Shown: piece by piece, positions 57,401 through 64,000 of the stretch
How the letters are laid out: the number at the start of each line of letters is the position of its first letter
Numbering within the stretch: position 1 is the stretch's first letter
DNA from: Klebsormidium nitens
Taxonomy: Eukaryota > Plantae > Klebsormidiophyceae
DNA: 64,000 bases
Direction of reading: 5' to 3'
Assembly (NCBI GenBank): GCA_000708835.1
Contig: DF237424.1
Span: 8,481 to 72,480, forward strand
Notes under the pieces: generated by a model
The model's input: only the letters and a program-made list of their open reading frames with translations
Databases searched by the model: none
What the model was told of the DNA's origin: nothing
Program-made: the position numbers and the translations under genes

Positions 57401-60400
57401 AACCTCTAGACGCACGGGGAAAACAACACCCCGGGAACATCGAACCTCTAGACGCACGGGGAAAACAACACCCCGGGAACATCGAACCTCTAGACGCATG
57501 GGGAAAACAACACCCTGGAGACTCAAACACGCTGCAAAAGTTCCTGATAACCTCTCCCCCAAGCTCACCCGAGCCAGGTGGTGGCAGACTGCAGGCGGCC
57601 GCTCTTGCACTGGTAGTTGCCGGACGCGTTCGCACCAGGGGCCACAGTGAGTGTGCCATTGACTTGCATCACGGGGGCGAAGCTGGTCTGCTTCCAGGGG
57701 GGGCACCCGCCGAGCGTCACCAGAGTGGCGCTGTCGGATACCACCAGGCCGATGCCCTGGCCCTGCTGCAACCCAATGAACGCCAGGAACATGCCGATGC
57801 CTGCAAGTTTCGCAGAGCTTCAGTTGAGGAGAAAGAGATGGTAGAGAGGGTGAATCAGAGACATTTGAGCGAGGTGTCTAGCCGGCAGCAGAGACTAAAA
57901 GTCGAGGCAGGGCGATGCAAGCAACGGGGACTTCTCTGCAACAGTGACGCGTATCACTGCGTTCATCCTTAACTATGATTTTGTTGGTGAACAAGATTGC
58001 AGAACGCTTAGGGGAAGAGCCATCAACCTCCAGTGCTATTAGTATTTCCTGCAGACCTGGAGGACAGCGGCAGGAAACAGCAATTCACTATGCAAAAGAC
58101 AAGTTGCTGACCAACATAGAACCCACTATGCCAACTCCTTCCCCACATGCGGTCCTAACCAGCCGACACTCCTTTCCAAGTGTTGGACTCAGAAGGAGCA
58201 ACCTGGTGTCAGCCCTGACCTGCTGCAGTGGAAATTCTGACGGGAAGGGGGATCATTTTGGCGATGCGCGTGCGCATGCCGGTGGCGGCGATCAGCAGGA
58301 AGCACCAACCCTCCAGGAAGACGGCAGCCAGCGCCTGCTGGTAAGAGATGTGGCCAGTACCGTGGAAACCGACAGCGGTGTACCTGGGGAGGAGCGGGGG
58401 TGGAAAAGCTAAGACAGGAACCAGGCCCAGGAAAAAGAAGACTCGAATATGAAGTAAGCGAATCGACAAGATGACTGCAAACCTTTTCCAAAATGTTTCC
58501 TGACCAGCCCTTGAATGAGATGCAGGCAACTGAAGGGACAGTTCTTTTGTGGTTTTCCTTTCCACACTTCAGAATCGCCTTGACCTAGTTTTACCTCCGA
58601 ACAATCGGCCAAAACCTAACTTAACTTCGCGACCCCCATCACACAAAGAACGGTCAGATCTCAACCTCAAAGGCTCAGCAATGAAGGAATGGTCGCTGCT
58701 AAAGCAAGTCGAGTCGGCACAAAACCCTAACTCAGATTAGACCCAGAGACAAAAGGAGTTCTCACGTGAAGTAGGCGTTTGTGCCCATCCCTGGGGCAAG
58801 AGCAAGGGGCAGGTTGGCTCCCAATCCCATGATGAAGCAGCCAATCAGGGACGAGGCAGCGGTGGCAACAATCAGATCCTTCTTGGTCTCGCGCAGGCAT
58901 TCCGCATAGCCCTCATTCTCTGCAAGGGGGAACCAAGCCAAGGGGCGATCAGCTCATAGCAGAGTTCCACCCCAGATGATGTCATCATATGATTTCCATG
59001 CCAACGATGATGTCAGCAATTCAAAGATAGCCAAAAACAATGCATACAGCAGAAGCATAAGATCCTATGTTGTTCCAAATAGATCGGACAAGAGGGGGTG
59101 GGACGTCAACCCTCTGCAAATGGCTTGTCGCCAGAGTGCTAGTCAGGCTGGACTGCACAGCTGAACAGTTTCTGCTTACTTGAAGCCGACACACAACTAA
59201 GCCCAGTGATCTCATCACAAGAGGCAAGGGTCATTTGACTTGATCGCCCCAAAGATCCTGCCCCTTCCAACACTTATTCACCCCAACTCCGTTATCTGCG
59301 CCTTACCGGGGGGGAAGATGCAGCCTGGCCCTGCTCCGACAATGGCCTCCCTGGGAACAGTGTCGGTGCCGTTGAAGTAGGTCCCCACGCACTGGGCAAG
59401 GTCTGTGACAGTCGCATCCGAGCAGGCGTCCGGCGTGCAGTCCGAAGCTGGGGACAGAACAACGAGGGGCATGAATTCAGTGCAGGAACAGGTTACCGAC
59501 GGGCAGGAAACACAAACAAGCTTAGGAAGTTGAAGGTGCGATGCAGGGAAAAAGGGGCGTTTGTAGACTGGAACCTCTGGCAATTGGGCCCAGAAGGGCA
59601 AAGAAGGGCAGGATTAGTAGATTTGGACATAGTGTGTTCAGTTCAACAGAACTGGTGCAGAGCCCTCCATGTCAATCTTGTTCAAGGATTTGAAGTATTT
59701 CAACCCCCACAACAGAAGATGGTCCGCATGAAAATCCAACTTCCCATGTGTTAGAAGCTTAACACGTACGCATCAAGTAGGATCAAGTTTCTTTCTTAAA
59801 CCTCCAAAAGAACTGAAATGAGCGGGGTCCTCGCTTACCCCGACATGTACCCCCTGAATCTGTAAGGATGGCAGAATTCACGGCGAGGATATAGGCAAGG
59901 GTCAGAAACGTGGCCAGGCCCGCACGCATCTCCGAGGTGAAGGTGGAGCCCCTCTCCTTCAGCTTGAAGTACCGGCCAACCTAGAAACATAAGAGTTTGG
60001 TCACACAGGTGTCCAAAGTGTAGTGACCTCCCTCAATCTAGAGGGGATTGTGCATCTTTCTGCAGAAATCCATTTTGTACGGAACCACCATCAGATATGG
60101 TTTTCTGATTCGTGGGGGTATAACTGCTGCAAGTAAGAGTACTTCTGACTGGACAACAAGACAGAGCCCTCCCAGTTCTAGTAACTCCTCAGATTGTCCT
60201 AACTTGGACAACAAAGAAATGTTCCACGTCAACACTTCCAAGACCCTTGCAAAGTGTCCAGAAATACAGGGGGGGGAAAATCTCAGACAGTTGTATAAGG
60301 ATGGCCCTTGAAAGACAAGCGGCATTTTGGTGAGCCTGTTGCAGTTACGTGGCGATGCAAACTTCAAAATCTTTTCCGGAGGACTGCATGCAAATGGTGA

Positions 60401-60577
60401 AACCCACAAATTCAACCAACTGGTACTCTGACAGCATCAAAAAAACTGCAGCTAAGAGAGAACATCTCAATAAAGGAAAGAGAGGAAGAAGAACAGGGAG
60501 AGCCGGCGCACCACCGAGTTGGCCACTGTCTCGTTGAAGTTGTGCACCATGCCGGTGCCCTCCTCGCCAGCCTTCAT
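54448..60577 (-). CDS. AZG: AzgA-type (NCS2) adenine/guanine permease, AZG1/AZG2-like, 9 exons
   Basis: Exons 60577-60512 ([14 protein letters not shown]), 59980-59839 ([35 protein letters not shown]), ~59447-59306, ~58920-58766 ([16 protein letters not shown]), ~58384-58228, ~57802-57568 ([11 protein letters not shown]), ~56760-56592, ~56124-55967 ([15 protein letters not shown]), ~55459-55211 ([25 protein letters not shown]) and 54739-54448 ([19 protein letters not shown]). That list has 10 segments, so the exact exon count is approximate. Confidence 0.95.
57386..57519. repeat. Intronic minisatellite, 3.2 x 42 bp, in AZG
   Basis: Unit ccccgggaacatcgaacctctagacgcacggggaaaacaaca at 57386-57428 (+1 A), 57429-57470 and 57471-57512 (1 substitution), plus a partial copy. 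Confidence 0.95.
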
Positions 60578-61485
60578 TGTGAACCAGTTGAAAAGCAAAG
60601 GCTTCTTTGTCAATCTCCGCTCGACTCCAGCACTAGCGCCAATAAATTCAAAGCTTTTTCAGCTTTGAGACAGCGTGACAGTCCTGCCCTCTAGCAACAC
60701 GGCAAGGACAACAAGGAGTAAGGCGCCAGCACCGCAAAACTTCACCCTCTCAGCTCAGAAAACTGGCACGATCGAAGGAGCCGAGGATCAACCTAGACGA
60801 TATGACCAGATTTCAAAAGAGCAGCTGAATGAAGGACGCCTGTAAACTTGTACCTAAGTTGACAGGGAGAGCTGCTGAAACCTGACGGCTCAACTTCTCT
60901 CCAGGATCTGCTGCACCACTGATGCATAGCACTGGCAGTGGCTGAGAACTTAACTAGAACTGCGCTTCGCGCCAGGTATCCTGCCGCTGAAGACTCCAAC
61001 TTCAAGTCTACACTGACTACAGTGGAGTGGAGTCCGGCCAGCATGGCGGCCGCCTCTGCCTGGCGGCCGATCTCCTCGCCGCTTCTCATCTGTTTTCTGA
61101 CATAGAAGGTCCTTGCAAAGCGCCCACATTAGAAACGAGGCCTTGCTTTGGAGGGCGGTCGGCTTCGAACGGGCAGGTTTCTGATAAACGCGCCTTCCAC
61201 AGAAAATCTCTTCTCTGACGTCCGCCGACGTCTGGCAAATCTCTTGAACAAACCGTACCTGATCGCGATTGGGGTCTTGGGCCGCCGGCATCCTGTATAG
61301 GTGGCGCCCGGTCATAGTAATAAAGGCTATCGGTTAGGGAAACCGGACTACATTGTCCTCCCGGCCATATCGCCCAATCCTTTTTCACCGTTTTCACTTG
61401 AAGGCAGTGTGCTCGAACTCCCGGGCACCTGACGGCGACGGAGCCTCCGATAATTATTACAATAATCCAGTGCAGACGGTAGACC

Positions 61486-61863
61486 GTACTGAACAGCCTG
61501 TAGCAAGGTACGTACCTTAGACGGGAAATAAGTACCCAGATACCGGTACCGCCATATGGAAGAACAACCCCGTTCGTTCGGTACGTACCTATGTCACTAG
61601 GTAGTACGTAACAACTTGGCGTTTGCTCTTGCACATGAGACATGCGTAACCATGACCGTGACGGTACGCGTTAGACACAGTGGGTACCACGGTTCACGTG
61701 ACCGATTTGGTACCCAAGTTGCACGTAAATCACGTGGTCCTCGTGGACTTCCATAATGGATTTGCAGTGTGCACACTGCACATGTACTGCAGATCATATA
61801 CAGTATATACAGGCGGGTTATGGGTCCCTGAGGGCCGCCCCCGGTAATACCAGTGCAGGGTAC
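61486..61863. promoter_or_regulatory. GTAC-dense island upstream of AZG (putative SBP-domain/CuRE cores)
   Basis: 13 GTAC in 378 bp: 61486, 61508, 61512, 61532, 61546, 61581, 61585, 61604, 61664, 61684, 61710, 61784 and 61860. About 1.5 would be expected by chance. The function is inferred. Confidence 0.5.
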
Positions 61864-62046
61864 CCGGTAATACCGTAGCCTGTAGACGTCTAGGTATCTA
61901 ACGGTCGGTGCAAAACAACGTGCCAAGTAGAAAGAAAATGCAATAATAGCATTTTAATAGTAAAATATTATCAGTACTTGAATGCCAGCACGCAAGCCGA
62001 CAAGCCAGCCGGCAGCCGGGCAGGGTGCCGGGCGCAAGGGGCACAT

Positions 62047-62574
62047 AGCTGCCGAATCTTTTGTCAACTTTCGAAATCGGACACCGGACGGGCACAGGCA
62101 GTCGTTGTCCGCAGTGCCATATTTTGGGACCCGGCTGGTACCGGGCCTGCTTTTGCCGGACTAAATAATGCCCGGGTTAGCCTGCAAACCACATTAAAAT
62201 CCTAAGAACAGTGACTTAGCCGTTAGTAAGAACCCTAATCTGAGAGCGGTCACAGGAAAGGGAGTAACCCTAACAAACCGTCACAGGAAGTGACGTAACC
62301 CTAACACACTATCACTGCTTTGTAGCGCGAGAGTCGAGACCCTAAGGTCACTAAAAGTGCCCGGTTGCTTGTTGACGGTGCATACCTACCGTACGCGGTC
62401 AACGGTACCGCACGGACCGTACGGTACTGAGTACGGTCTCGGACTCGGCACATGACATGTGGCAACAACTTGGAGCGTAGATCCTGCGGTCGGTCCACGA
62501 TCGGACGGTGACACACATATGACTGTCCGCAGTCCGGCATCCGATTTCGAAAGTTGACAAAAGATTCGGCAGCT
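62047..62574. mobile_element. MITE-like non-autonomous element defined by inverted repeats
   Basis: A 34-bp perfect inverted repeat agctgccgaatcttttgtcaactttcgaaatcgg (62047-62080) pairs with 62541-62574. Diverged complementarity continues inward (ccggac) and outward to about 61995 and 62625. No ORF, and no TSD identified. Confidence 0.55.
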
Positions 62575-62818
62575 TTGGCCGTTTTGCGTGCCGGGCAGGG
62601 CGCCGTGTGGGTGCCTTCTGGCTTTTTTCACGGGGGCTGGTACGAGTCTATGTTATGTATGAGCTTTATGTCATGAGCGTATGAGCGGGAGCGTGTGTTC
62701 GTGAGCGTACGTGTGACTCGCGCGAGCGGGCAGTGGTCGCCGCGAAAGTGACGTCAGCAGTTCTTTGAAATTTTGAAATGTACCGCCGGGTGAATACGGA
62801 TGAAGTCCATAATCTGTA

Positions 62819-62833
62819 TTTAGGGTTTTAGGG
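62819..62833 (+). repeat. Interstitial telomere-like dimer TTTAGGG-TTTTAGGG (telo-box)
   Basis: Read directly. Related aaccctaa motifs at 62231, 62266 and 62297. Confidence 0.55.
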
Positions 62834-63499
62834 TTCTGATCTTTAGACTGTACTCACGTCCGTGATTGCATCACTGATCGTTCTCTTCGAACTTTTTATT
62901 TACCATTGCTGAATTCAAGCATCGCATCCACCATGCGATGCTTATGACCATTTGGAAATTCTACCGTATATTTTAGCGCCTGTAGAATGTGACCGCATTA
63001 TCCCGCAACCGGCGCGAAAAAAGATTATCAAGTATTTCCGGTGATTACAAGATAGCTCTACCATGTATGATTGGCTACTACTGTTACTATCACCCACACT
63101 TATGTTGCATATAAGCGCACTACCTCCACTTCACCTGCCAGGTCAGCCGCGGCGGCCGGGCGGCAGCTAATTTGTCGCCTGCGCGCGAGCTGCGCGCGAG
63201 CCGCTCAGCGCCGCACAACTGGCAGGACAACCAACTTGTGACATTCTACTGACTCTGTCTGAGTCCATTCATCCATTTGCGTGTTCCATTGGATTTACTG
63301 ACATGAGTCCTAAGGCTGACAAACAACACACATACACATACATGTGATCAATTGCTATTAGTGAGCGTTATCGAAAATTTTCATACTTCGCATTCCGAAC
63401 AGCTTACAAGCAAGTGGCACATCACTATCTCATATACACCGTTCTGTTTATGTACAGAGTCTAAGTCTAAGACTACTGATGGTATTAGCATCATTTACA

Positions 63500-64000
63500 C
63501 TACTCTTCTTCTGTTGCGTATTCTATTAATTCTCCCCCCATCGCTTTGACGTCTAGGCCCTGTGACAAAATCGATCTAAGCTCCTTCTCCGAAAACGTAG
63601 CCTGGTGGATCAACGGCACCCCTGTTTCGTCTTCGTCAGTGAAGTCGAACAGCCTGAGTCCCACCCGCAGCACCGCGTACACGTGTCTGCAGTGGACCCA
63701 GCTCCCTGACGTCTTCTCCTTCATCTCCACGTACTCCGGACAAATCTCGTCACACCTCGGGGCAGAGTCTATCGTAACCCTGTACCTCCCTCCCTTTCTC
63801 GTCGAAAACAGCGTTGAGGCTTCCTCGACCAGAACTTCAATTGACTCCCTGTGCACGTACTTCTCCACGTGCACTGTAGTTTCCATCTCCAGCGCCTGCT
63901 CCAGCCGCGTTTCCATATCTCTGATCACCCTTCCCACTTTCTTCACCTTCCTTCCCTCCGGACGCTTGCTTGGCCGTTTGTGTGACGGTTGGACAGGGTC
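63500..64000 (-). CDS. SWIM-type zinc-finger-like protein, C-terminal part (5' end beyond the window)
   Basis: The frame is open from the window edge (DPVQPSHKRPSKRPEGRKVKKV..) to the stop at 63500. YRVTIDSAPRCDEICPEY..WVHCRHVYAVL resembles the SWIM C-x-C..C-x-H pattern, with wider first spacing. Confidence 0.6.
   Translation of the reverse strand, partial: DPVQPSHKRPSKRPEGRKVKKVGRVIRDMETRLEQALEMETTVHVEKYVHRESIEVLVEEASTLFSTRKGGRYRVTIDSAPRCDEICPEYVEMKEKTSGSWVHCRHVYAVLRVGLRLFDFTDEDETGVPLIHQATFSEKELRSILSQGLDVKAMGGELIEYATEEE

Noticed and set aside
57386-57519. CRISPR-like appearance of the 39-54-bp repeats here and at 9633 and 40791
   Set aside because: Units are directly adjacent with no unique spacers, there are no cas genes, and the context is eukaryotic and intronic.
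57322-57972. 216-aa ORF with repeated [14 protein letters not shown]
   Set aside because: It is the translation of the intronic 42-bp minisatellite plus the antisense of an AZG exon, not a repeat protein.

Overview
Eukaryotic, intron-rich (GT-AG) genomic DNA from a green-lineage organism. A streptophyte alga such as Klebsormidium is my inference from protein similarity to plant orthologues, intron density and composition; it is not proven. Most six-frame ORFs are spurious or single exons, so genes were rebuilt by hand from splice sites and reading phase. Recognisable genes in order: CPN20 (+), a pterin-aldehyde-reductase-like SDR (-), Rab7/RabG3 (+), a PTPLA/HACD dehydratase (-), a 704-N gap, a PHD + four EsV-1-7-like Cys/His-repeat protein (+), CYP71/PPWD1 (-), V-ATPase subunit B (+), an uncharacterised MGCGAS-starting protein with strong codon bias (+), RPB11 (+), an unknown multi-exon zinc-finger-like gene (-), a NUFIP1-like gene (+), an AZG purine permease (-) and a partial SWIM-finger ORF (-) at the right edge. 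No rRNA, tRNA, CRISPR or autonomous transposase was recognised. The most unusual signals are two dense GTAC islands (the SBP/CRR1/SPL7 binding core) upstream of the AZG gene and the MGCGAS gene, a MITE-like inverted-repeat element, the PHD-EsV-1-7 fusion, a duplicated splice acceptor in Rab7 and an extra transit-peptide-like start on the SDR. No database searches were run.
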